In this document: piece after piece, positions 52,966 to 64,000 of the stretch
How the letters are laid out: each line of letters starts with the position of its first letter
Position numbering within the stretch: position 1 is the first letter of the stretch
DNA from: Octopus bimaculoides
Taxonomy: Eukaryota
Reading direction: 5' to 3'
DNA: 64,000 nucleotides
Assembly (NCBI RefSeq): GCF_001194135.2
Contig: NC_069006.1
Coordinates: 9,223,244-9,287,243 of the forward strand
Translations under genes and position numbers: made by a program
The notes under the pieces: generated by a model
What the model was told of the DNA's origin: nothing
The model's database searches: none
Seen by the model: only the letters and a program-made list of their open reading frames with translations

Positions 52966-53691
52966 TCATATATATATATATATATGAAATTTTGAATTTA
53001 GTTCATGAATCCCCAATACCACCTTTGCAGACCACAGGCTGGAAACCATTGGTCTATATTGTAGCTTAGTCCATGATGGCTCATCATACTAGCCATCACC
53101 ACAGTTGTCCCCTCTCTCCCTATTCAAATGGATTCTTCTGATTTTCCTTGCCTTTTCTTTGTTGGTTTCAATTGGTTTGATCAGTTAGCAAGTTGACCAC
53201 TGTTGACCATTTTACACCATCTCTTACCTTTTGATCTTAGGTTGGCCTTAATCAGTGAGATATGTGATCAGAAGAGAGTGGAGGAGGGCTGGCTCCTGCA
53301 AAGTTGGCCAATGGTTGACAAGAAAAATTTGCTTATTCGAAGTAAATGTTAAATTTGCAAGATTCACACAGATACAAAGAAGTAGGAAAGAAGAGAGATG
53401 AGGAGAAAAAAAATGAAAGAAAAGGAAAAAGGTGGGGGGGTAAAGCATCGGAAGACGGAGGGGGAAGAGGCAATAGGCTACATATTGCAGAACAAGCAAG
53501 CTATTCAGCCACACCCCATGGTAATGACTGTGATGGTGTTACTATGGAGAATGGCCAGCAACACTCTCTGTAGCAGCCACTCCGCCTTGGTGTCTTAGCC
53601 ACACCCTAACCTCTAGGCCATGCATTTTCACAATTATTCTAAGAACTCTTCAATACTGTTCTTATATATTGCCTAATATACAGAAAATTGT

Positions 53692-54868
53692 TTAACCCTT
53701 CAGCATTCACATTACTCTCTGTCAAGTGCAATCCTTATTATTTATTCACATTGTTTTTATCTCACAGCTTTGAGATTTTGATGTTGTGATTGTTTATTTT
53801 TAGAATGACATTGTAGGGTAGGTGTGAGAGGCCAAATCTGGATGGTCTGAACATAAAACAAGTAGAATATTTGGACCCTGGATATGACTGGGTTAAACAC
53901 ATGTTTCTGACATAACCATGAAGCTTAACATTTTTAAGGCAGAGATATAAAAGAATTTATGATATCCATGACTTTCCTACATGGCATTAGCAAGATTTAA
54001 TGATGTGACATGTTGTCAAATGGCAATCAAACCAAAGTTGAAACCCTGATTCTTATTAAGCATCTGAAACCCTTTGACATTCAGATTATTCTGTGTCAAA
54101 TGTAAAGATTATTTATTCATGTTCTTTTGGATTAATCCTGTATTATCTCAAAGCTTTGAGAATTCAATGATGTGATTGTTTATTTTTAGAATGACATTGT
54201 AGAGTAGGTGTGAGAGTTCAGACCCAGCCAGTTGGAACATAGAACAGGGAGAATATTTGGACCCTGGATATGGCTTAGGTTAAACGCATGTTTCTCACAT
54301 AACCATGAAGCACAAGATTTTAACGACAGAGATATTAGAACTTATATCCATGTCTTTCCTACACGGCATTAGCAAGACTTTAGTGATGTGACATGTTGTC
54401 AAATGGAAATCAAAATAAAGTTGAAATCCTGATTCTTATTAAAAGATTTCTCTGTCAAATGTAAAGCTTATTTATTCGCAATGTCTTGAATTAATCCCGC
54501 ATTATCTCACAACTTTGAGAATTTGATGATGTGATTATTTGTTCTTAGAATGATATTGTAGGGTAGGTGTGAGAGGCCAGACCTGACTGGTCTAAGCACA
54601 AATCAGGTAGAATATTTGGGCCGGACATGGCCAGTTCAAGTGCCAATGGTTAACCCTTCAGCATCCAGATTTCTCTGTCAAATGTAATCCTTATTTATTC
54701 TCACTGTTTTGAATTAATCCTGCATTTCTTTGTAGCTTTGAGAAACGCTAGTTTATCTTTAGTATGGCATTATAGGGTAGGTGTGAGATGCTGGATCTGG
54801 CCAGTTTGAACATAAAACAGGGAGAATATTTGGGCTGAATTTGACCAGTTTAAACGCTGAAGGATTAA
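53692..54868. repeat. Array of four piggyBac-like MITE units
   Basis: Unit ttaaccctt(t/c)agcat...gtagggtaggtgtgagag...gctgaagg(g/a)ttaa, with anchors at 53812, 54198, 54557 and 54771. Solo copies at about 4633-4860, 19936-20142 and 39513-39707 (reverse). Confidence 0.85.
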
Positions 54869-55659
54869 GAAGGGAACAGACAGGGATTCTTAGTATTTCC
54901 TTCCTGTCCTGATTCATGCACCATATTTGATGGTATAAAAGATGACATGGGTATATTAGATCCCCACCACCACCATTTTAGCAGTGTATATTCAGGAAAA
55001 TGTTTTTAGTGCATCAAAGCTTGTGAGAGGCCTAACTTTGCATATAGAATCCAAGGTGATTTTTTTTTTTGCTATCAAATATGGTAGTTTTATTTTGTGG
55101 AAATTAACCATCTCTGTGCTGATTAAATTTTTGCTTGTGTTGTAACATGCTAATCATATGTAAATCAGTTCTCATAACTTATTGACCAGTAAAAATAAAA
55201 TGTGTGTTCAGTGTCATGAAATGTGGAAAAATCTGGAAAATATCCCCACTGTCAAACATGACTTGGTTCTTGTGTCTTGCATGCACAGAGCTGGGAATAC
55301 TTGAGTCTCATGCAGTAAGGGTTAAGAAATAGAAAATTAGCAAGAAGAATATTAAAAGGGACTGGAAATGAATTTTGTCTGTTAAGAATATTAAAAATTT
55401 AATTAAGAAGGAAAAGTAAATGAATTTTATTTTTAATTCAATCCATCCAAATGGATGCCTGACATCATCCTCTGAAGTAAGTTCTTTCATTTCCCTGTCA
55501 TAATCCAAACTCACAAAACCCTGCCTCAGTAGATTGTTGTTTCCTGATGCACTCCAGTTCTACAAACATAAACAAGGCTGGAAACTGCTGGAGGAAGTAA
55601 TCCACCATCACATCTTCTGCAGGACAGCCATTGGTGGAAAAGCAAAAGATATGAGGCAA

Positions 55660-56095
55660 ACCACGGCAGGGTGCAGGCTTTCTGGTTAAGAACCTTGCTT
55701 CCCAATCACATGATTTCAAGTTCAGCCCCATTACGTGGTACCTTGGGCAAGTGTCTTCTATTATAGCCTCGGGCCAACCAAATCCTTGTAAGTGAATTTG
55801 GTAGATGGAAACTGAAAGAAACCTGTTGTGCATATATGTGTGTCTTGTTATCTTGACATGCAACAGTTCAGAATGAACATCATCATCATCATCATCATCA
55901 TACAAGTGAGGTCCTTTATTTCCAATCTTCCTTGAAAAACCTGTCTGACTATAAGAAAATATTACCTTACTGTGAAACAGCTGAGTGTTTGTAGCAGGAA
56001 GGGCACCCAGCCATAGAAAATGTGCCTCAATGAATTCCATCCAACCCATGCAAGCATGAAAAAGCAGATGTCAAAACAACGATGATGGTGATGAT
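55660..56095 (+). mobile_element. tRNA-derived SINE with RTE-type tail
   Basis: Head ...accttgggcaagtgtcttctattatagcctcgggcc..., tail ggaagggcacccagcc...ccaacccatgcaagcatg...gatgatg. It includes an internal inverted segment. Confidence 0.7.
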
Positions 56096-56496
56096 GATGA
56101 CTTTTCTACATTACATAACATGTGGTTAAAACATTTGCTTCACAATCATTAACCATGTGGTTACAAGTTCAGCCCCACTGCATGGCCCCTTGCATAAGTA
56201 TCATGTGTCACAGTCTCAGAGAGGCTCAAGTCTCACAAAGGAAATTTGCTCTTTTATATCATACACTAGTAGTTCCTCATCCATTTCAATCAAAACTAAA
56301 TCTGGTTCATATGAGATTCTACAAATAATTCTTTTCGCCAATTTTCGTCTAGCTACTGCAGTACAAGAAGAAGTGTCAGGATCTAGAAGACACACTCCGA
56401 GGCAGTGAAATCAAATCCAGTCCATCGTTTAAGGTAAACAATTGCAATGGCTGTTATTTCTGTTAATCCATTCAATTATTTGTATTCCCAATACAG

Positions 56497-56568
56497 GTGA
56501 AACAATACAAGCAAAAGTGTGAAGACCTTGAACATAGCCATCGCCAGAGTCTCAAGAATGAGGAATTG
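56497..56568 (+). CDS. CROCC: Rootletin coding exon, 24 aa
   Basis: Acceptor ttcccaatacag ends at 56496, donor gtaaga at 56569, phase 0/0. VKQYKQKCEDLEHSHRQSLKNEEL continues the previous exon in the same way as rootletin ILQYKKRCSELEQQL. Confidence 0.88.
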
Positions 56569-57004
56569 GTAAGATGCGGGAAAAGCAATTCACACGCCTA
56601 AAAGTTCAAATCTTCATGTTGTCTCGTTGAGCTTCCTTGCACATCTGCTTTAGTTTTGGGTGCATTCTAACCATTTTGTATATTTACATATCATCATTGT
56701 TGTTATTTTTTTTGTTTTTAGTTCTTGTGTTTTCATTTATACTTTCTTATTTTTATTCCTCCCTTCATTCAAACCAATTGTCTTACAATCTGAACTGATT
56801 TCTCTTTCATTTGTTTTAACCCTTTCAATACCAATCTGCCCTGGCCTTGGTTCTGTGAGACAATCTTCATGTTTTAAAGTCACCTAAAATAAAACCTTAC
56901 AAAAAAATTCCATGTTAATTTAGATTCTAAATGCCAAACCACAAAGTCATTTTACTAAATTCTTTATTATTCTCAAAATTAATTAAAACGAAAGTAGTGT
57001 TGTC

Positions 57005-57440
57005 ATCATCATCATCATCATCATTGTTCAACGTCTGTTTTCCATGCTGGCATGGGTTGGATGGTTTGACTGAGGACTGGTAGACCAGGAGGCCACACCA
57101 GGCTCCAATCTGATCTGGCAGTGTTTCTACAGCTGGATGCCCTTCCTAACGCCAACCACTCCGAGAGTGTAGTGGGTGCTTTTTACATGCCACTGGCACA
57201 GGAGTCAATCAGGCAGCACTGGCATCAGCCACATTTGGATGGTGCTTTTTGCATGCTACCTGCATGCCAGTCAGGGCGACGAGGCTGGTATTGACCATGT
57301 TCAGATAGTGCTTTTTACGTGCCACCAGCATGGGGAGCCAGTCAGGCGGCACTGGCAGTGGCCCACGCATGCATGGTGCTTATTGCATGCCACCAGCACG
57401 GGAGTCAGTCAGGCAGCACTGGCATCGGCCACAACTACAA
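57005..57440 (-). mobile_element. RTE 3'-end copy with about 4 x 66-bp units
   Basis: Near-identical terminal domain to 14540-14700, followed by gtgccaccagc...agtcaggcgg units. Confidence 0.85.
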
Positions 57441-57529
57441 TTCCATTTGATTGTGATTTGATTTGATTTGACTCAATAGGTCTACACAAGCACGGAAATA
57501 TGGTGACATAAAAAGAATTTGATGTCATC

Positions 57530-57935
57530 GTCATCATCATCAACATTTAATGCCTATTTCCCATGCTGGTATGGGTTGGACAGTTTGACAGGAGCTGGCA
57601 AGGCTGGAGTTGCTGCACCTGGCTCCGCTGTCTGTTTTGGCTTGGTTTGCACAGTTGGATGAGCTTCCTAATGCAAACCACTTCACAAAGTGCACTGGGT
57701 GCTTTTTATGTGGCACCAGCAGCAGTGCTTTTTACATGGCACCAACACAGGTGCTGTTCACGTGGCCCCATCACGAGTGCTGATTATGTGGCACCAAGCA
57801 CAGGTGTTATTTACATGGCACCGTCTTGGGTTCTGTTTACATGGCACTGGCACAGGTGCTGTTTACATGACACCAGAATATGTCCTTTTTATGTGACACC
57901 AGAATGGGTGGTTTTATGTGACATCAGCATGAAGA
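57530..57935 (-). mobile_element. RTE-tail variant carrying 9 x 26-bp minisatellite
   Basis: Terminal domain 57530-57698, then units such as gtgctttttacatggcaccaacacag from 57699 to about 57933. Confidence 0.8.
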
Positions 57936-58974
57936 TGTTAATTAACTATAAATTAGAAAAGTTGATAAAAGGGGAACTTATAATACTTACATATTATTAA
58001 TTAGGTGAGGTTCATATTCTTTTCTGAATTTGTGAAAGTGTAAGGCCATATTTGAGTTTGTTGGCAAAAAACCCCAGACAACTTACATTATCAATTTAAC
58101 ACAATACTGTGTTTATTTAAAACATTTGTAGTTTAAAACACATCACACCTCTACTTTAATAGGAGAGCACTTGTCATCTAGAGTTGAGGTCTAATGGTTT
58201 AAATTACCACTAGATTACTTCAAGTAGATCCACGAAGAAGGAAATAACTAAATTTATTTACAATGCAGGATTCAAATTAAGAATTATATTGCTCATCTCT
58301 CTCTCTCTCTCTCTCTCTGTGCTAACTCAACTCAGTTTCTTTTGAATGTTAAGCCCATTTCCTGTTATGTGAGGTCATCTTTAATAGGGAACATTGCTAT
58401 TGTAAACTTCAAAAGAAAAAAATAACAACCAAATATTGCTTTAATGTAGGCCTGGCTCTCTGTCGGTTACAACAACAAGGGATCCAGATGATCTGATCAA
58501 TGGAACAGACTGCTTGTGAAATTAATGTGCAAGTGGCTGAGCATTCCACAGACATGTGTACCTTTAATGTAGTTATCAGGGAGATTCAGTGTGACAAGGC
58601 TGGACCCTTTGAAATACAGGTACAACTCATTTTTGCCAACTGAATGCACTGGAATAACACGAAATAAAGTGTCTTGCTCAAGGGCACACTGTGCCTCCAG
58701 GAATCGAACTCAAGGCCTTACAATCATAAGCCAAATACCCAAACCACTAAGCCATGCACCCTCTCTTTAACGTAGAAATGATAAAAACTAACAATAATAA
58801 AAATATTGTTGTAGACATCAATCCTAACAATAGTAAAGCATTTTGGTTTTCAGAATGAATTGTCTTTCTTATTTCAAGGCATCAGGAAGCGTTTTTTCAG
58901 TTTTATGTAAAACTATAATCTTCCCATCACCTGGAAATGAAGTTGGGGGAAATATGTGATAATAGATCCTAGAA

Positions 58975-59204
58975 AAAATTTTACCACATATGTGATCAAA
59001 TATCCGTGAAGAACTTTACCACATGTGTTGTAATAGATCCTTTAAAAACTTTACCACATGTGTAGTGACAGGTCCTTTAAAAACTTTACCACATGTGTTG
59101 TGATGGATCCTTGAAGAACATTACCAAATATCATAGCAGATGTCTGGAAAGTATTACCACAGGTGTAGCAGGAGTTCCCTACAAAACTTTACCACATGTG
59201 GTAA
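58975..59204. repeat. 35-bp minisatellite, 7 units
   Basis: ttaccac anchors at 58981, 59016, 59051, 59086, 59121, 59154 and 59189. Confidence 0.9.
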
Positions 59205-59505
59205 TGTTCAAACATATTCTGCCACTTTTCTTTTTGCCTAAACCACCGTTTTCTGCACTTTGAGTTTCAGCACTGTTGTCATTGTGGCTTTATACCTTTC
59301 ATACTAACACATCACAATCTTCTCAACTATTTTCATTGCATTAACTTCACATGCCATATGTAAACATATTTATATATATATATCATTATAGATATAGGGC
59401 AGGGAATTTTCAATTAATTAATGAATTAATAACTTAATTAACAATTTTGCCAAGTAATTCGGTATGCAAAAAAAACCATTATCGGTAAAACTTTTATAAT
59501 TATAA

Positions 59506-59727
59506 ACATAGTTAAGGGATCAGCAAAAGTTGCTTCACTAACATACCGAAAATTTAGAAATAGCAGTTAAAATATTAATTCTACTACTACAATATATCTC
59601 ACTATATGAGTCACGAATATCGCTTTCTGTTGGAAATATATTGTAGCAGTAGAATTAGTATTTTAACTGCTATTTCTAAATTTTCGGTATGTTGGTGAAG
59701 CAACTTTTGCTGATCCCTTAATTATGT
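59506..59727. repeat. 92-bp-arm inverted repeat with 38-nt loop (fold-back MITE)
   Basis: Arms 59506-59597 and 59636-59727 differ at 4 positions. Confidence 0.92.
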
Positions 59728-60548
59728 ATGTATGTATATATATATATATACATTTATGGATTCTTTTTGCAAAATTCCTGATGTGAAATCATTCGTTGAA
59801 ACAGATATTGTTATATTTCGAAATGGTCATTTTTGTTTTTGGGGCCAAATAAACACAAGCCCTATACATTTGTTCTTCACTCATTTATTATTGTTCTTAT
59901 TTTATCTTATGTCCAAAAAAAAAAACAATGTATATAGAGGGCATGGATACAAATGATATAGTAAACAAACCCATATATACACACACACATAGACACGTGT
60001 ACACACATACAGAAGCAGACACAGGCGCAGATCAGAATATACATCATAGAGAGACAGAACAGGAGGAAGCATATGGATGGAAAAGTCACTGAAGAGGTTG
60101 TAGATGTGTGATGAAAGATTTCCAGATAATGAACATGAGATAAAATAGCAATAATGAATGAGTGAAGAACAAATATATAGTGTGTGTGTTTATTTGGCAA
60201 GAAAAAAAAAAATGACCATCCTGAAATATAAAATATGTATATATAACAATATATATACATGTATATATAGTAATATATATATAGTCATCTAAGGTATTTG
60301 TATGAGAGTGGCTATGTTAAAATTTATACAATACAGCATTATAGCTCCATTTCAGCTGATTTTTCCCATTGGTTTCACACGTGTTTGGTGATAGCCTAAG
60401 ACAGTGCTCATCAGAATTGGTGGTATGAAAAGTATGGTGACAGCTGAGCCATCCAATTCTAATGACTGTTCTCTTAGGTTGTCACCTATCTCATATGCAA
60501 AACCAATGGATTAAAATGGATCTATCATACTATACTGTATAAACATTA

Positions 60549-60603
<55 letters not shown>

Positions 60604-61125
60604 CACACACATATATCGTTGGTATTATGTTAAATTGTCGTATGTCCAAATTTGGCCAAATGCATTTTTTTTTTTTTCTCCGATATTTAATTTTGCTTGC
60701 AACAGCTGGTTCTTTTGATCAAACTATCATATCTCCAGCTGCTTCAGATGCCAAGACATCAAAAATTGTCAAAGTGTAGTACAATGGTTTTGCTATATGG
60801 AATGGTGAAATTAATTTTTTGTTTTCTGAAAAAGCAACGTTTTGGACTTACAACACTTTTGCATAATAACAACAATATGTATTGTGATGAAATAAAATCC
60901 TTTGTAGTTTGGTGTGAGGACAAACTATTCTCATTTGTCATCAATATCCTGTTTTAGTCATCATTAAAATAATTCTATCCCCTATCCCTCAACATTTTCC
61001 CAACCATGTTTCATACAATCATGGAATACAATATTTCCTAAATTATCTGAAATTTTGTACAGGAAACATTTTATGTTTTAACATTTTCTTATCTTTTAGA
61101 ATTTGAAATTTTCTTTTGATCTGAA

Positions 61126-61179
<54 letters not shown>

Positions 61180-63174
61180 NNNNNNNNNNNNNNNNNNNNN
61201 NNNNNNNNNNNNNNNNNNNNNNNNNNNNNNNNNNNNNNNNNNNNNNNNNNNNNNNNNNNNNNNNNNNNNNNNNNNNNNNNNNNNNNNNNNNNNNNNNNNN
61301 NNNNNNNNNNNNNNNNNNNNNNNNNNNNNNNNNNNNNNNNNNNNNNNNNNNNNNNNNNNNNNNNNNNNNNNNNNNNNNNNNNNNNNNNNNNNNNNNNNNN
61401 NNNNNNNNNNNNNNNNNNNNNNNNNNNNNNNNNNNNNNNNNNNNNNNNGCCATTGGTTCTGTGATACAAACTCCCCGTTTTAAAGTGATCGAAATTAAAA
61501 CTTTCCATCAAAATTTCATATTTATGTTCCAGACACCAATTTAATAATTATTTCTGCTCTAGGCACAAGGCCTTGAAAATTTTGGGGGAAGGAGGCTTGT
61601 CGATTACATCAACCCCAGTGTGTAACTGGTACTTATTTCATTGCCCCCCCCCCCAAGGATGAAAGGCAGAGTCGACCTCGGTAGAATTTTAACTCCGAAC
61701 GTAGCAGAAGACAAAATAGCGCTAAGCATTTTACTCGGCATGCTAACGATTCTGCCAGCTCGCTGCCTTTGATACCAGCATAATAACGACAAAGTTATTT
61801 TACTAAATTTTTCATTATTTTCAAAATTAATTGATACAAAGGTATTCTATTTCAACAGAAATATGATAACAAAAGGGTTAAAGTGATCTAAATTAAAACC
61901 TTCCATCAAAATTTCATGTTTATTTATGTCCCAAACACCAGTTTAATAATGACAAAGCTATTTTACAAAATTCTTCATTATTTTCAAAATAAATTGAAAC
62001 AAAAGAACGCCATCTTAATAATGACAAAGTTATGCATGTGTCTCCACACACACCATCATCATCATCATGTAATGTCCACTCTCGATGCTGGTATAGGTTA
62101 GATGGCTTGACTGCAGCTGATAAGCTAGAGAGCTACACCGGGTTCCAGTCTGATTTGGTGTGGTTTCTACAGCTGGATGCCCTTCTTAATGCCAACCACC
62201 CCAGGAGTGTAATGGGTATTTTTACATGCCACCTGGTTCATGTAAATAGCATGGGTGCCATTTACATGAAACTGGCAATGACCATGACTACAATGCATGG
62301 GTGCCACTTACATGATGCCATCAATGACCATGACTGTTTTTACATCTGTTTTTCAATGCTAGCATGGGTTGGAGGAATATATTATTGAAGCATTGTTTTA
62401 CAACTAGATACTCTTCCTGTCACTAACCCTTACCTGTTTTTCAAGTATAATGTATGTTTTATAACAGAACAGCTTATTGGCTTATTAACTGTAGGTTTTT
62501 ACCATTAAAATAACTATTCTTGAACTAAGTTTTAATATAAAAATGCAGTTATCTTTATCTTCTACTTATTTTAGTCATTGGACTGCAGCCATGCTGGAGC
62601 ACTGCTTTGAAGGGTTTAGTTGAACAAATCAACCCTAGTACTCATTCTTTAGTCTGGTACTTATTCTGTTCCCTTTTGTCAGATTGCTATGTTAGAGGGA
62701 CATAAACAAACCAACACTACATGTCGAATGGTAGTGGTGGCAGCGGGGAGGGGGGTCGGCACAGAGACACACACACATGACAGGCTTCCACAGTTTCCAT
62801 CTACCAAATTCACTCAAAGGGTATTGGTCAGCCCAGGGCTATAATAGGAAACATTTTACCCAAGGTGCTGTGTAGAGGAACTGAACATGAAACCACTTGG
62901 TTGCTTAGATGTGAAGCAAGCATTTTAACCACACAGCCAAAAGAGAAAAAATAACAATGTTTAGATTGTGAAACCCTGGCAGAGCAGTTTCCTTCTGTAG
63001 CCATCACCCCCCCCCCCCTGCCTGTTGATCTCTGGCTGTCTTAACACAATACATTCTCAGATTTCAGCAAGTCTTTTTTTATATGTTTATTTTTGTTTTT
63101 AATTTTTTTTTATTCTGACATGGCTTCACAATAAATCCTATCAGTCACTATCCTTTGATTCATATCACCAATTC

Positions 63175-63650
63175 GTACTACTACTACTACTACTACCACC
63201 ACTATTACTACTACGGCTACTATCACCATCACTACTACTACCACCACCACTATTACTACTATGGCTACCACCACCACCACTACTACAACTACCACCACCA
63301 CCACTACAACTACCACTACCATCACTACTACCACTACCACCACTACAACTATCACTACCATCACTACTACCACTACCACCACTACAACTACCACTACCAT
63401 CACTACTACCACTACCACCACTACAACTANNNNNNNNNNCTACAACTACCACTACCATCACTACTACCACTACCACCACTACAACTACCACTACCATCAC
63501 TACTACCACTACCACCACTACAACTACCACTACCATCACTACTACCACTACCACCACTACAACTACCACTATCATCACTACTACCACTACCACCACTACG
63601 ACTACCACTACCACCATCACCACTATTACTACTACTACTACTACTACTAG
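63175..63650. repeat. (CTA/CCA)n microsatellite with a 39-bp higher-order period
   Basis: Unit actaccactaccatcactactaccactaccaccactaca; 13-aa periodicity in the ORF track (HHYNYHYHHYYHY, LQLPLPSLLPLPP). Confidence 0.9.
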
Positions 63651-64000
63651 GTTAACCTTGAAACTTGGGCTGCTGCCAGTTGAAATCTATCTGGCATTAT
63701 TTTAACTTGCAACTCTTTGTTGTCGTCACCAGACCAAATGTGCCTTTTTGGTTCTGGAGCTGTCAGAGATCCTTGCAAATGTTGTTATTTATTCTACTTC
63801 CAAAAATAAAAGGCACAAAGAAAAACAAATTAATGAGAACAAAAACAAACAAAAAAAGCAAATGGATCTGGTCTCATTATAGAGATTATTCAGGATATAA
63901 AAATTCCAACACTTCCAATTACTGTTTCGCGTTATCAAAAGTCATAAAATTTTCTTTTTTTCTTTTTCCCCCTCAAGCCCTACGACTGAGTTACGGGGGG

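Noticed and set aside
58975-59204. CRISPR-like look (constant aactttaccacatgtg plus variable part)
   Set aside because: The variable parts are homologous to each other, the period is only 35 bp, no cas genes are present, and the context is a eukaryotic intron.

Overview
This is AT-rich metazoan genomic DNA from a draft assembly with 11 N-gaps. The repeat landscape (tRNA-derived SINEs, RTE-type LINE tails, MITEs, dense AT/CA/CAT/GATA microsatellites) looks like an octopod cephalopod; that assignment is inference from the repeat families. The only gene I can support is the 5' part of a rootletin (CROCC, ciliary rootlet coiled-coil) orthologue on the + strand. It has three phase-0 coding exons (6952-7245, 50731-50913, 56497-56568), separated by introns of 43,485 bp and 5,583 bp. 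The true first exon and the rest of the gene lie outside the window. Almost all other ORFs in the track are artefacts of microsatellites, repeats or N-runs. I found no prokaryotic-type system (CRISPR, operon, defence island). The most interesting signals are: (1) unannotated candidate alternative first exons and an RFX-like promoter hidden in the giant intron, which would give N-terminally swapped rootletin isoforms; (2) several long, near-perfect intronic fold-backs that are candidate dsRNA, ADAR or small-RNA substrates; (3) an RTE LINE whose 3' UTR carries expanding 66-bp or 26-bp minisatellites; (4) hAT and piggyBac-type MITEs with readable target-site duplications, stacking and nesting.
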